A stretch of DNA of 64,000 bases from Candidatus Hydrogenedentota bacterium (GCA_034669905.1 JAXMOL010000025.1:1-64000); one strand, 5' to 3'. Shown: positions 20,601 through 30,104, numbered from the stretch's first letter. Notes: generated from the letters alone by a model not told the origin. Numbers and translations: made by a program.

Positions 20601-21250
20601 CGTTCACCGTCCCGCTCGAAGCCCTTCCAGCCCGTCGTCTCCGTGGCCGGTACCACGTAGGCCGTCTCGTCCTCCCGAAGTTTCCGCACCAGCGAGGGGG
20701 ACGGGGTTGTCCGGACCACGTTCATCGCAGAATCAGGCACGGCCACAAAACGGAGATAGTCATAATAGGCCGAACCATAGCTTCCCGGTGGGTAGGCATA
20801 GCGATCGTCGACCCAGAGCTCGAACCGTCCGTCATCCACGCGATGAACCCCCAGTGCCAACTCCCCTCCCGCGTGCTTTATCCAGGATTCGCCATCCAGC
20901 GAATAGGCCAGGGGACGGGCCCCGGGGTTACTGGCATAGACGAGGTAGGTGCCCACGGGCAGATCGGTTACGACACTGTGGAGGGGAGGAGCGCCTGCTT
21001 CCGGACTATCCCGATCCTCTGCTACCGGCGGGCTGGCCAATACCGCGCCCCCCGAGCGCTTGGATGCAATATCTTTTTCCCGAGTCCAGAGCAGCCAGTG
21101 GTCATCCGTACGCTGGTCTTTCAGCCACGCGTTGGACGGCGCAGAAATCGCCTCACTCTCGTACACGATCCCTTCCGGCGTCTTGGCCTGCGCGTTCCAC
21201 GATGTGAGCGCAATAGACACCAAGGCGGCGAATAATGGAAGTCGTTTCAT
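17612..21250 (-). CDS. Large secreted multidomain protein with a C-terminal YetA/PcRGLX-like (exo-rhamnogalacturonan lyase-like) region
   Basis: Signal peptide; FN3-like segment (WTTD..VTYG..HRVRLSGL); RWPDGSVKW; YGWMHFGDW..NNEY; alpha-barrel-like C-terminus. Confidence 0.6.
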   Translation of the reverse strand: MKRLPLFAALVSIALTSWNAQAKTPEGIVYESEAISAPSNAWLKDQRTDDHWLLWTREKDIASKRSGGAVLASPPVAEDRDSPEAGAPPLHSVVTDLPVGTYLVYASNPGARPLAYSLDGESWIKHAGGELALGVHRVDDGRFELWVDDRYAYPPGSYGSAYYDYLRFVAVPDSAMNVVRTTPSPSLVRKLREDETAYVVPATETTGWKGFERDGERIRGEHVGDAFSYTFDRAGTYYVALAMMDDVDGVEQLTVTFKGEEIGCIVADQSGNDVLFSLREPLKVSKGDTLRFTCKTTLDYYRVNALYVSSEFIASPPPTIQHVEVWSPEPGVVDLCWTTDRSVETGLVTYGVGERNHKTEGESYVGRNHRVRLSGLDPTQSYDAQIVTSCDGQDIVSAPFTFRAAPPVPEKSKSLEIPIAIAEPTGHLRKAWPATIGMPFAQGTLASVSDLSLARREGGQSPLQAECFSRWPDGSVKWATLSWLADSGGDGADDYVLRTDGPTAPRGADLLRVEEDNAQWRIHTDSLAFDLAKKVPALFHNVGYDRNGDGAVTDDERIKQEPLGANLRLVDEEGGIYTCGAPAPGSFSIEQNGPVAARITWSGPLINGEGASGWSYLLRVRLWKGLPAMAVNVTVINEQKHPTFRALTSLALRVPLDGEGGIQGAFDGAPMVPVPDKDSLWIHQEKDNHFALWNGSALAEGERSQGVMVAEDSRTRATVVLRDFWETYPSGGAIKPDGIHVRLLPELKPDTYDGEEDRPWYYKLYSWNQEGKYLFRAGQATQHEVFVHYGAPGTDTAEMGEWFREPLLPQAAPAYLCATGVLGRPLFPRTEGLWDDYEAFFEAGFDAFTADREQRRTYGWMHFGDWYGERGNNFGNNEYALDWALGMQWMRTGEPRYFERGLEMARHYSTVDTILAEYAAKQNGLVWEHSFNHVGTRRPAEALRVPESDKAMQSYLKRYEWMLRGAMDRQGHIFEQGVWLYAALTGDPWLRDVAERVCDNQASLLTPDFDFGIERSGGWPLINASNAYLFSGNPYYLNAARIMVERCLIRQDPDSGGWLHTPPKGETDNVPVLGGKAFAVGILTHGLLRYVDVEPMERPEVNHMLVRGADWLMKESWEPGNGFVYITNAPKYRGKGTRGMTCALNAEAVAFAYEETGDPVYLDFWREMMNNQWQSPVRGMGKSFTQATRQSVFGLDRVIPYGITSSVDLWGE

Positions 21251-21633
21251 GATGTAGTTCCCCTGGAGCGGCGATGACCGTCTTTTTTTCAAACCAATTT
21301 GTAACCCAACGCAGATCTTCGCCCGGCTGTTGGTTCTCCTCGGGGGAAATGTGACGAACCCAATCCCCTTCGTCCAAAAGCCGCAATCTGCCGCAACCGC
21401 CTAACGATGCCGGTGCAGTTGTTAACCGCATATCCAACCAATACGGCCCGGTCTCGATTTATAGCAAGCCTACGGGGGTAATGACAAAATTCTGCATCGG
21501 AGTGCCTGGCTGACGCAGAGCACGCCCGTCGGGTCACCCGGACCCCAGGGCAGCTTGTGCTGAACGTGATGTATCCCTGTAACTACCAAGCCAATTCCCT
21601 GGCCTGCGTAGGGACATCGTCCTACTGAAAAGT

Positions 21634-21667
21634 AAAAAAACAGCGTGGCGACGAATCACCACGCTGT
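21634..21667 (-). terminator. Rho-independent terminator after the Gfo/Idh/MocA gene
   Basis: Minus strand ACAGCGTGGTGA-TTCG-TCGCCACGCTGT followed by a T run, 28 bp after the stop at 21695. Confidence 0.75.
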
Positions 21668-21694
21668 ACGGGATACCAAAAGCCAGAGAGAAGT

Positions 21695-22702
21695 TTACTC
21701 GATGGGACCGCCGTTGGCCTTCATCACTTCTTCCAGGGTCACGGGTGCACCGCCACGGCGTTTGCTCTCGTCCGCCGCTTCCATGAAGGCGAACATTTCG
21801 ATGGTCTCTTTATTGTCCACCGGCACCACGCCCGTCTGGAAAAACTTCACCACTTCGGCCAGCAAATCGTGGTAGCCGCCGCCACCGCCCTGATGGGCCA
21901 CTTTCTTCGTGCCAAAAAGAATCACCTGGTGGGGCGTGCTCTGATTGCGCAAGCCGCGAAGGGTACCTACCTTGCCGTCGGCCCACGTTCCAGTGACCAC
22001 ATCGGTGTTATCCGTGTGGGTCCGAACGACGCTGACGCAGCCCGTTCCCATGGCCGTGTACAGGGCCTCGGTGGGGTGCACGCCATACCAGAAGAAATCG
22101 GGGTGATGGGGTTCGATGGTGCTGGGACCATAGGATATCGCACCACGGAGCTCGCCCACGTCCTGGGCCATGAGCGCCTTCATACCGGAATAATATCGGT
22201 AGGACGAGGAGCTGAACCATTTCACATTGTGCTTCTTGCCCAACTTGTAGATCTCGATGGCATCCTTCAAGGTGCCCGCAACGGGCTTGTCAATAAACAC
22301 GGGCAGGCCCGCCGCGAAAACCGGTTTCACCTGCTCCAGGTGGGGACGGCCATCGACACTTTCCAGCAACACCGCATCCACCATCGTGCAAAGCTCTTCG
22401 ATGGTGTGCACAATCTTGACGCCGTATTCGTCCCGCAGGGTCGCGGTGAACCCTTCTACGCGACTGTGGCTGGACTCGATATCCGGGCTCCCCCCCTTGT
22501 AGGCCGCGACGACCTTGGTCCCGGGAATGTGGTTCTCCTGGGTATCGTCGTTGAGAATCTTGGTAAAGGCCGTCACGTGGGACGTGTCCAGACCAATGAT
22601 GCCCAGCTTGATAACATCGGCGGCCTGGGCCCCGGTAGCGGATACCAGCGATACACACGCGGCGATGAGAACCCGTGAGAGAAAACGGCCAGTCAAATTC
22701 AT
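21695..22702 (-). CDS. Secreted Gfo/Idh/MocA-family oxidoreductase
   Basis: Signal peptide, IIGLDTSH Rossmann start, ESVDGRPH, FIDKP, WYGVH. Confidence 0.85.
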   Translation of the reverse strand: MNLTGRFLSRVLIAACVSLVSATGAQAADVIKLGIIGLDTSHVTAFTKILNDDTQENHIPGTKVVAAYKGGSPDIESSHSRVEGFTATLRDEYGVKIVHTIEELCTMVDAVLLESVDGRPHLEQVKPVFAAGLPVFIDKPVAGTLKDAIEIYKLGKKHNVKWFSSSSYRYYSGMKALMAQDVGELRGAISYGPSTIEPHHPDFFWYGVHPTEALYTAMGTGCVSVVRTHTDNTDVVTGTWADGKVGTLRGLRNQSTPHQVILFGTKKVAHQGGGGGYHDLLAEVVKFFQTGVVPVDNKETIEMFAFMEAADESKRRGGAPVTLEEVMKANGGPIE

Positions 22703-22954
22703 AATGTACTCCTTCGGCGGATGTAGACGTCATGCCCTGTCAAGAATGCAGGGCTTTCGAAAAAAGATTACGGTGGCCCTGAATCATAGGGGCCGGGTGG
22801 TGCGGGGTTCAAGAAAGTCTTTCTGGGCGTTGGCTTTTGGCGGTGCCAGCGTAGTCAACCCGATGGACGTGGTGGACACGTGCCGCCATGGCACGGTCCA
22901 CCGCGTCCCCAAGTCCACAATGTCCACCAGATTCTAAAAGCGACCCGCTTCCGG

Positions 22955-24154
22955 CTACGCCAGCGAGGCGTACTGGGGAATCTTCAGCGTTTCGCCATCT
23001 TTCATGGCCGACTGGTGGGCCACAATACCGGCTACGGTCATGTTCAGACCCCAGGCAATATCCACCAACGGCTTACGGTTCTGCAGAATCGAATGGACAA
23101 ACTCTTCCGTCAGATACCCGTGGGAACCCCCGTGTCCACCCGCAGGCATACCGGGGGGCAGCGGCGGCTTGGCAATGCTTTCCGCCGGAATCTCTTTGAG
23201 TCCCTGGAAGGCCGTGCCCTGCATGGCCCCCTTGTCACCCCGCACCCGGCCCACTTCTCCGTGATAGCCCGGCGTATCCCAGCTCACCACCATGCGCGAC
23301 ATTCCACCACCACTGGTGCGGAACAAGGCCACTTCCGTGCCGAAGGGGTTCTTGTAGGCGTTGTTTTCGGGTTTCAGATGGTCCACCACACTCGGCAGCC
23401 CCATGCAGGAAACTTCCGTGAAGCTTTCGCCCGTCACGCACACGTGGTACGCGTTGGAGTGGGTCGGGTACAACTGCGGCGGCATGCCGATGCGCCAGCC
23501 CCGGAAGGAGTCGATGGGCGTATCCATATAGTGGTAATACTCGCCCTCCGTGTAGACCATCCGGCCAAAGTCACCGGCCTCGAATATCTTGCGCATGCCA
23601 TAGCAATCCGCACGATAGGCCGACGTTTCAAAGAGCATATAGTTCATGCCCGTACGCTTCACCGTCTCATAGAGCTGGTCCGCTTCTTCCAGCGATCCAT
23701 AGGTCGAAGGTACCGCACAGGCCACATGTTTACCGCTGTTCATGACGGCCATGCAGTGCTGCGCGTGGCTCGGCGCATCGGTCGCCACGAAGACGGCCTC
23801 AATATTATCGTCTTTAATCAGCTCTTCCAGCGAAGGGTAGGTCTTTTCGCAACGCACCGCCTTGGCCAGCGCCGCGCAGTTCTCGGGAATCAGATCACTC
23901 ACGGCCACGATATCCACGTTGGGATGATTCTGAAAACCGAAGGAAGCGCCAAATCGGCACACGCCATAACCCACAATGCCGACGCGGATTTTCCGGTCGG
24001 AGAAAGGCTGCCACACGGCGTCTTCCTTTACCGTGGTGGCCGTTTCGTCAAAGCCCTGGATGGGCTTGTCCGCCCCGAAGGCGCTTCCGGCACCGATCAT
24101 GCCCGCGCCCAGTGAAAGTTGACGCAAAAAGCCGCGCCGTGAATTCGATGCCAT
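22955..24154 (-). CDS. Tat-exported Gfo/Idh/MocA protein, GH109-like (paralog 3)
   Basis: SRRGFL twin-arginine signal; GIVGYG; EGEYYH; YPTH; GGHGG. Confidence 0.85.
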   Translation of the reverse strand: MASNSRRGFLRQLSLGAGMIGAGSAFGADKPIQGFDETATTVKEDAVWQPFSDRKIRVGIVGYGVCRFGASFGFQNHPNVDIVAVSDLIPENCAALAKAVRCEKTYPSLEELIKDDNIEAVFVATDAPSHAQHCMAVMNSGKHVACAVPSTYGSLEEADQLYETVKRTGMNYMLFETSAYRADCYGMRKIFEAGDFGRMVYTEGEYYHYMDTPIDSFRGWRIGMPPQLYPTHSNAYHVCVTGESFTEVSCMGLPSVVDHLKPENNAYKNPFGTEVALFRTSGGGMSRMVVSWDTPGYHGEVGRVRGDKGAMQGTAFQGLKEIPAESIAKPPLPPGMPAGGHGGSHGYLTEEFVHSILQNRKPLVDIAWGLNMTVAGIVAHQSAMKDGETLKIPQYASLA

Positions 24155-24304
24155 CGTTCTTATACTCCTTAAGTTATTTCGACCTATTTCAGTCCGATTG
24201 AATGTGTACCAACACCGTCCACGTTCCAGCATCAGCCGAGAAGCCCCCGAAATCCGTGCTATCCGTTTTATCCGTGGTCCATCCTATCGATTTCCATCCA
24301 GTGC

Positions 24305-24416
24305 TCGCTCACCACAACGTCACATAGAACGAAAAAGAATATCTCTTCTCTGCGTTCCTTGCGTTCTATTGCGGCCAATAAAATTTGTGTAAATTCGTGT
24401 TCATTCGTGGTTAACC
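24305..24416. repeat. Decamer-periodic intergenic element, copy 2
   Basis: ctcaccac..agaac..gaatatctcttctctgcgttccttgcgttctattgcggcc..ttcgtgttcattcgtggtt. Confidence 0.8.
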
Positions 24417-24471
24417 TGTTTGGCATTCATGCAAAGACCCCATGACGCCCTACAGGCTACAAAGCCCTCCA

Positions 24472-25668
24472 TCACACCGGAACGTACTGAGGAATCTTCA
24501 ACGTCTCGCCGTCTTTCAACGCCGACTCATGGGCCACAATGCCCGCCACGGTCATATTCAATCCCCAGGAAATGTCTACCAGGGGCTGACGCTCTTCCAG
24601 GAGGGAGCGAATAAACTCTTCCGTTAAATAGCCATGGCTGCCACCGTGGCCACCGGCACCCATCCCGGGGGGCAGCGGCGCTTTCTTCAGGGTGCTACCG
24701 TCCAGCTCGCTGAGTCCCTGGAACGTCGTACCCGTCACGGAACCCTTGTCGCCCCGCACCCGGCCCATTTCACCCCCAAAGCCCGGCGTATCCCAGCTGA
24801 CCGTCATGCGCGACATGCCGCCGCCACTCGTCCGGAACAGGGCCACTTCCGTACCAAAGGGATTCTTAAACACATTATTTTCCGGCTTGAGGTGGTCCAC
24901 CACACTCGGCAGGCCCATGCAGGACACCTCGGTGAAGCTCTCCCCGGTCACGCAGACATGGTAGGCATTGGAGTGGGTCGGGTACCACTGGGGCGGCAGG
25001 CCCGTGCGCCACTCTTTATAGGCGTCGAGGGGCGTGCCGAAGTAGTGGTAGTACTCTCCTTCCGAATAGACCAGGCGGCCCAGATGGCCCATATCATAGG
25101 CCTTCCGCATGGCGAAACAATCGTCCTTGAAGGCCGAGGTCTCGTTCAGCTGGTAGGTCAGCCCCGAGGTCTTCACCATCTCATAGAGGGCATCCGCATC
25201 CTCCACGGAACCAAAGACGGACGGCACGGCACAAACCACGTGCTTACCATGCTTCAACACTTCCATGCAGTGCTTGAAGTGACTCGGTGCATCGGTGGCC
25301 ACATAGACTGCTTCGATACTATCGTCTTTGACCAATTCTTCCAGCGATGGATAGGTCTTCTCACACCGGCACGCCTTCGCCAACGCCGCACAACGATCGG
25401 GAAAGAGGTCGCTCACCGCCACCACTTCCACATTGGGATGATCCTGATAGCCAAAGGCAGCGCCGAACCGGCACACCCCATAGCCCACAATCCCCATACG
25501 AATTTTCCGGTCCGACACGGGTTGCCACACGGCATTTTCCTGCACGGCCGTCTCGGTCTCATCAAAGCCTTGGATCGGTTTCTCGGCAGCCAACACACTG
25601 CTGGCGCCCAGAATACCCGCACCCATGGAAACGTGACGCAGAAAGCCGCGTCGGGAATTGGATTGCAT
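24472..25668 (-). CDS. Tat-exported Gfo/Idh/MocA protein, GH109-like (paralog 2)
   Basis: SRRGFL; GIVGYG; EGEYYH; YPTH; GGHGG; collinear with both neighbours. Confidence 0.85.
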   Translation of the reverse strand: MQSNSRRGFLRHVSMGAGILGASSVLAAEKPIQGFDETETAVQENAVWQPVSDRKIRMGIVGYGVCRFGAAFGYQDHPNVEVVAVSDLFPDRCAALAKACRCEKTYPSLEELVKDDSIEAVYVATDAPSHFKHCMEVLKHGKHVVCAVPSVFGSVEDADALYEMVKTSGLTYQLNETSAFKDDCFAMRKAYDMGHLGRLVYSEGEYYHYFGTPLDAYKEWRTGLPPQWYPTHSNAYHVCVTGESFTEVSCMGLPSVVDHLKPENNVFKNPFGTEVALFRTSGGGMSRMTVSWDTPGFGGEMGRVRGDKGSVTGTTFQGLSELDGSTLKKAPLPPGMGAGGHGGSHGYLTEEFIRSLLEERQPLVDISWGLNMTVAGIVAHESALKDGETLKIPQYVPV

Positions 25669-25686
25669 GATGGTGGTGCTCCTTCG

Positions 25687-26883
25687 TTAGATCGTGTAGT
25701 GGGGGATTTTCAGCAGCTCGCCATCCCGTTTGGCGGACTCGTGCGCCACGATGCCGCATACGGTCATGTTGAGACTCGCGCAGATGTCGACCAGCGGCTG
25801 ACGGCTTTCGATGATGCTGTGGACGAATTCGTTGCACAGATAGCCGTGCGAACCGCCATGGCCGCCCGCTGGCACACCCGGGGGCAGCGGCGGCTTGGCC
25901 AACTCGATGCCCGTAATATCTTCCAGCCCTTCGTACTTCGTTCCGGTCATGGAGCCCTTGTCCCCCCGCACACGGCCCACTTCGCCGTGGAAGCCCGGGG
26001 TGTCTTTGCTCATTAACATGCGGGACATGCCACCGCCACTTGTGCGGAAAAGGGCAATCTCCGTTCCGAAACGGTTTTCGTAGGCGTTCTTACCCGGCTG
26101 AAAAACGTCCTGGGTGCAGGGAATTCCCATACACGAGACTTCCGTGAAATGTTCGCCCGTCACACCGACATGGTAGGCCGTCGAGTGGGTGGGGTACCAA
26201 AGGGGCGGACAGCCAATGCGCCATCCTTTGTAGGAGTCGATGGGCTTGTCAATGTAGTGGTAGTATTCGCCCTCGGTGTAGACCATCCGGCCAAACTTAC
26301 CCGCCTCAAAGAGTAACCGCATGGCGTAGCAGTCTGGACGATAGACCGAAGTCTCAAACATCATATAATTGAGGCCCGTCTTCTTCACGGTCTCAAAAAG
26401 TTGATCGGCTTCTTCCAGGGAGCCCCAGGTCGCGGGTACCGCCGTGGCCACGTGCTTACCATGGTTCATACACAGGATGGCGTGCTGCGCGTGACTCGGC
26501 GCATCGGTCGCACAGAAGATGGCCTCAATGGTGTCGTCTTTGACCATTTCCTCCAGCGATGGGTAGGTTTTCTCACATCCGCAGGCCTTGGCCAGTGCGG
26601 CGCAACGATCAGGAAACAGATCGCTGACCGCCACGATTTCCACGTTGGGATGATCCTGAAAGCCGAAGGCGGCACCAAAGCGACACACGCCGTAGCCCAC
26701 AATACCCACCCGAACCTTGCGATCAGAGATGGGTTGCCAGACCGCATCTTTCTTCGCGCCGCTGTCGGTCTCATCAAAACCCTGGATGGGCTTGTCGGCA
26801 GCGAGGGCCATCTGACTCACGCCAGCCAGCCCCGCCCCCATCGAAAGTTGCTGTAAAAAACTACGTCGTGAATGGTCTGCCAT
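25687..26883 (-). CDS. Tat-exported Gfo/Idh/MocA protein, GH109-like (paralog 1)
   Basis: SRRSFL; GIVGYG; EGEYYH; YPTH; GGHGG. Confidence 0.85.
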   Translation of the reverse strand: MADHSRRSFLQQLSMGAGLAGVSQMALAADKPIQGFDETDSGAKKDAVWQPISDRKVRVGIVGYGVCRFGAAFGFQDHPNVEIVAVSDLFPDRCAALAKACGCEKTYPSLEEMVKDDTIEAIFCATDAPSHAQHAILCMNHGKHVATAVPATWGSLEEADQLFETVKKTGLNYMMFETSVYRPDCYAMRLLFEAGKFGRMVYTEGEYYHYIDKPIDSYKGWRIGCPPLWYPTHSTAYHVGVTGEHFTEVSCMGIPCTQDVFQPGKNAYENRFGTEIALFRTSGGGMSRMLMSKDTPGFHGEVGRVRGDKGSMTGTKYEGLEDITGIELAKPPLPPGVPAGGHGGSHGYLCNEFVHSIIESRQPLVDICASLNMTVCGIVAHESAKRDGELLKIPHYTI

Positions 26884-26925
26884 CGTATTCGTGCTCCTGT
26901 TAAGTGCTAACCTGATCTCATTGAT

Positions 26926-27993
26926 CTACGCGCGGTTACCTTCAATTTCGGCAATTAAGCGCGCGGAGTTTCCGTAAAACATCTTCTCCACACCGTCCGC
27001 ACCGACACCCACCGCCGCGCAGGCGTCTTTCAACGCCCGCAAGGCTTCATACATATACAGTGTATACCTTGCTTCAATTTCTTTCGACTCCCGTTCCTTG
27101 TTAAAAAAGAAGTCGTGACTCGTGCGATTCGTATAGGTACGCCCTTCCCACTGACGACGTCCCCGCATATAGAAAATCGGGTTGTCCGTGCCATAGAGAA
27201 TGCGGTCCGGGCCGATATGCTCGAGCGCATATTGATGGACCGCCGGATTCAACACGGCCGAGTTATCGAAGTAGAGACCCGGGTCCTCCGCCAGGGGCAA
27301 CAGGCCCTCTTCCGCGTGGGGCAGCGTGTAGCTCCGGCCAAAGTGGGCAATCACCAGCTTAATATTGGGATAGCGCTTCCTGATTTCCTGCACCTCTCGA
27401 ATGTTATCGGGATGGGCCAGTCGGCCCGCCTTGGGCACGTGCATGGTAATCCACGCCCCACGATCATTCAGCACTTCCAGCTGATGGTGTGGCATGAAGT
27501 CGAAAATACTCGCCTCGATATAGCGGTCCCGGGAGAGGGCGTCATAGCCGATAAGGGAATAGTAGGGCTTCACACCGATGCAGCCGGGATGATCCAGCCA
27601 CCACGCAATCTGCTCCGCGCGCCACGTAGGACGCACCACGGCCAGGGTATGCCAGCCCCGTTCGACGGCCTTTGCCATGAGGTCTTCATTGGCCCCCTCG
27701 ATTTCCCAACTCAGATTGGGCACCGTAAAGGCCACACAACTCACTTCCCGACCGGGATAGACCGTTGCGTAGCTTTCCTGCAGCGATTGGGCCTCTTCCC
27801 CGTGGGAAAGTTCGTTCACCCAATAGTCACGGCGCATTTCTTCCGTAATGGTTTCAATTTTGAAACGGGGATCGGCACTGTGCACGTGGCTGTCGATCAG
27901 CCGCTTCGGCACCCAGTCTTCCAGATGCTCCGCCCAGAACGCACGATCCACGTCGTTGTACGTATAGACGTGGTGAATAGGAATCTCAGTCAT
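26926..27993 (-). CDS. Amidohydrolase family 2 metallohydrolase
   Basis: IDSHVH (HxH), TMHVP, IAHFG, LYGTD. ATG 27993 follows a GGAG RBS. Confidence 0.85.
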   Translation of the reverse strand: MTEIPIHHVYTYNDVDRAFWAEHLEDWVPKRLIDSHVHSADPRFKIETITEEMRRDYWVNELSHGEEAQSLQESYATVYPGREVSCVAFTVPNLSWEIEGANEDLMAKAVERGWHTLAVVRPTWRAEQIAWWLDHPGCIGVKPYYSLIGYDALSRDRYIEASIFDFMPHHQLEVLNDRGAWITMHVPKAGRLAHPDNIREVQEIRKRYPNIKLVIAHFGRSYTLPHAEEGLLPLAEDPGLYFDNSAVLNPAVHQYALEHIGPDRILYGTDNPIFYMRGRRQWEGRTYTNRTSHDFFFNKERESKEIEARYTLYMYEALRALKDACAAVGVGADGVEKMFYGNSARLIAEIEGNRA

Positions 27994-28082
27994 TTTTGCT
28001 CCTGCATAGTACATTTTGTTGTGTTCTGGAGAACAAACGTCCAATCGAAACTTCTTTCCAAATATAAAGCGATTTCAAGTAC

Positions 28083-28354
28083 GTCATTCCCACACAGGCG
28101 GAAATCCAGTGGATTCGAGCAGTGTGTGCGCGCCCGTTCCCAAGCCCCCGCTTCCGCAGGGATGGCAGGCATCGCTTCTAGCTCTTAGCCAAGTAGCACG
28201 CGCCTTGCGCCGCCACTACCTGGCCATATCGTGTAAGACGCGCCAAACGGCAGTCCCATTCGTGTACATTCGTGTCCATTCGTGGTTCAGTTTTCTTCTT
28301 GCGGCCAACGGCCGCGCCATGTCCTTCAGGTCCTTTAGGTTTCTGCGGTCCTTC
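28083..28354. repeat. Composite repeat region: GTCATTCCC..GG.AATCC REP-like pair, decamer element copy 3, GTCCTTNAG nonamer array
   Basis: gtcattcccacacaggcggaaatccag (28083-28109) with partner ccccgcttccgcagggatggc; ttcgtgtacattcgtgtccattcgtggtt; gtccttcag gtcctttag gtttctgcg gtccttcaa. Confidence 0.65.
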
Positions 28355-28370
28355 AATGCCTCCCCCACCA

Positions 28371-30104
28371 TCAAAACACCAGCCCCGAAAAGACCAACGC
28401 CAACGCCACCACCAGCCCCACAAATACCAGCCACCACGTCAACACGCTGTTGTACCAACGGCTGCCCAGATCCCCGCCAATCCGCAGGGCCTTCCAATCA
28501 ATCATGAGGCTCCCGTCCACCTGCTCCGGCCGAGGCGGGGCGGTCATCAGGCTGACCACCACGCAAACCACCGTGCAGAAGAGCCAGTTGAGAATCGCCT
28601 GGTTCGGGAAAGGCTCAATCCACGACGGGTGGCTCGGCACATACTGGACGTAGACCTTCAGGAGGATACCCAACGCAAAGCCGGAAAACACGGCCGTGGT
28701 CGCGCCCTGGGCGTTGATACGCTTGAAGAGAATCCCCAGCAGGAAAACCGCGGAGAAGGGCGGTGCAAAGAACGCATAGAGCGATTGGATATACACAAAG
28801 AGCCCGCCACCCAGATTCCCGATAAAACAGGCAAGAACCATCGCCAACGCCAGCAGGGAGGCCGAAACAATCACACCAACCCGCACCAACCGCTGCTGCC
28901 CCGCATCGGAATCAAAAATGCGTTTGTAAAAATCCAGCGTCACGATGGTGGCCGATGAATTCAACACCGAATTTACCGTGGACTGTATGGCCCCGAAGAG
29001 TGCCGCAAGGAAAAGTCCCCGCAGTCCGAGGGGCACCAGGGTCTGCAACATGTGCACATAGCCCTTATCCGCCGCTGCAGGCACGTCTTCCCAGGGCCCC
29101 AACAGGACCTCCGGATATTTCGCGAAGAGAATCAGTCCCGGCAATACCACGATGACAGGCATGAGCACCTTGAGCAGGCCGGCGAAAACAATCCCCATGC
29201 GCGCATCGTAGGTGCTACGCGCACCAAGCACCCGCTGAATCATGAACTGGTTCAACACGTTGTACCAGATGCTGATGGAGAAGGTCGCAAATATCATGGC
29301 GGGCCAGGGCCAGACCGCGTGGGTTACGGGCTGAAACACCGAAAGCCGGTTGTACTCCGCTTCCCCCGTGATATGGGGCGCCGACGCCGCTACCGCTTCG
29401 TTCCAAACCCCCGAAGTGGCCCGATTGGCCTCGATCATGTTGGCGAAACCGACGAAGATCGAAGCGCCCTCCGGGTCGAGCATCTTGAGCCCCAGTACCG
29501 TCACCGACAGCCCGCCCAACAGCATGATGAGCACGGTAAACAGATCCGTCCACGCCACGGAGGAGAGGCCCCCGTAAATGGCCCACACACCTGCCGAAAT
29601 GCCCAACACAATAAGGGCCACCCAGAAAGGCCAGCCAAAGAGCGCTTCCAGGGCCAGCGCACCGCCATACAACACGGCTGCAAGAAAGGCGACCACATTG
29701 CTCAGTACCGTCACAAAGGCGAAGAACTGCCGAAGGGTCCCATTAAAACGCCGCTCCAGATACTCGGGCATGGTAAAGACACGGGAGGCCATCAGAAAGG
29801 GAATAAAAAACCAGACAATCATCGAAAAGCTGACGACGTTGACCCATTCCGAATCCGCCACGCAGATACCGAAAATGTAGGCCGCACCGATCATGCCGAT
29901 GAAATGCTCGGTGCTGATGTTGGAAGCGATAAACGAACCGCCCACCACATACCAGGGCAAAGAACGCCCCGCAAGGAAATAGTCGTCCGCACTCCCCCGC
30001 TCCTTGCGGCCTGCCCAGAAACCCACCAGAGACAGCACCACGAAAAACAGCGCAAAGGCCACGTAGTCAAGCGTACCGAGGGAAAAAGTTTCCATGCCTT
30101 CCAT
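28371..30104 (-). CDS. Sodium:solute symporter (SSS, SglT-like sugar transporter)
   Basis: DYFLAGRSLPW, SNISTEHFIG, YGGL..VAWTD, NQFMIQRVL, many TM helices. Confidence 0.93.
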   Translation of the reverse strand: MEGMETFSLGTLDYVAFALFFVVLSLVGFWAGRKERGSADDYFLAGRSLPWYVVGGSFIASNISTEHFIGMIGAAYIFGICVADSEWVNVVSFSMIVWFFIPFLMASRVFTMPEYLERRFNGTLRQFFAFVTVLSNVVAFLAAVLYGGALALEALFGWPFWVALIVLGISAGVWAIYGGLSSVAWTDLFTVLIMLLGGLSVTVLGLKMLDPEGASIFVGFANMIEANRATSGVWNEAVAASAPHITGEAEYNRLSVFQPVTHAVWPWPAMIFATFSISIWYNVLNQFMIQRVLGARSTYDARMGIVFAGLLKVLMPVIVVLPGLILFAKYPEVLLGPWEDVPAAADKGYVHMLQTLVPLGLRGLFLAALFGAIQSTVNSVLNSSATIVTLDFYKRIFDSDAGQQRLVRVGVIVSASLLALAMVLACFIGNLGGGLFVYIQSLYAFFAPPFSAVFLLGILFKRINAQGATTAVFSGFALGILLKVYVQYVPSHPSWIEPFPNQAILNWLFCTVVCVVVSLMTAPPRPEQVDGSLMIDWKALRIGGDLGSRWYNSVLTWWLVFVGLVVALALVFSGLVF

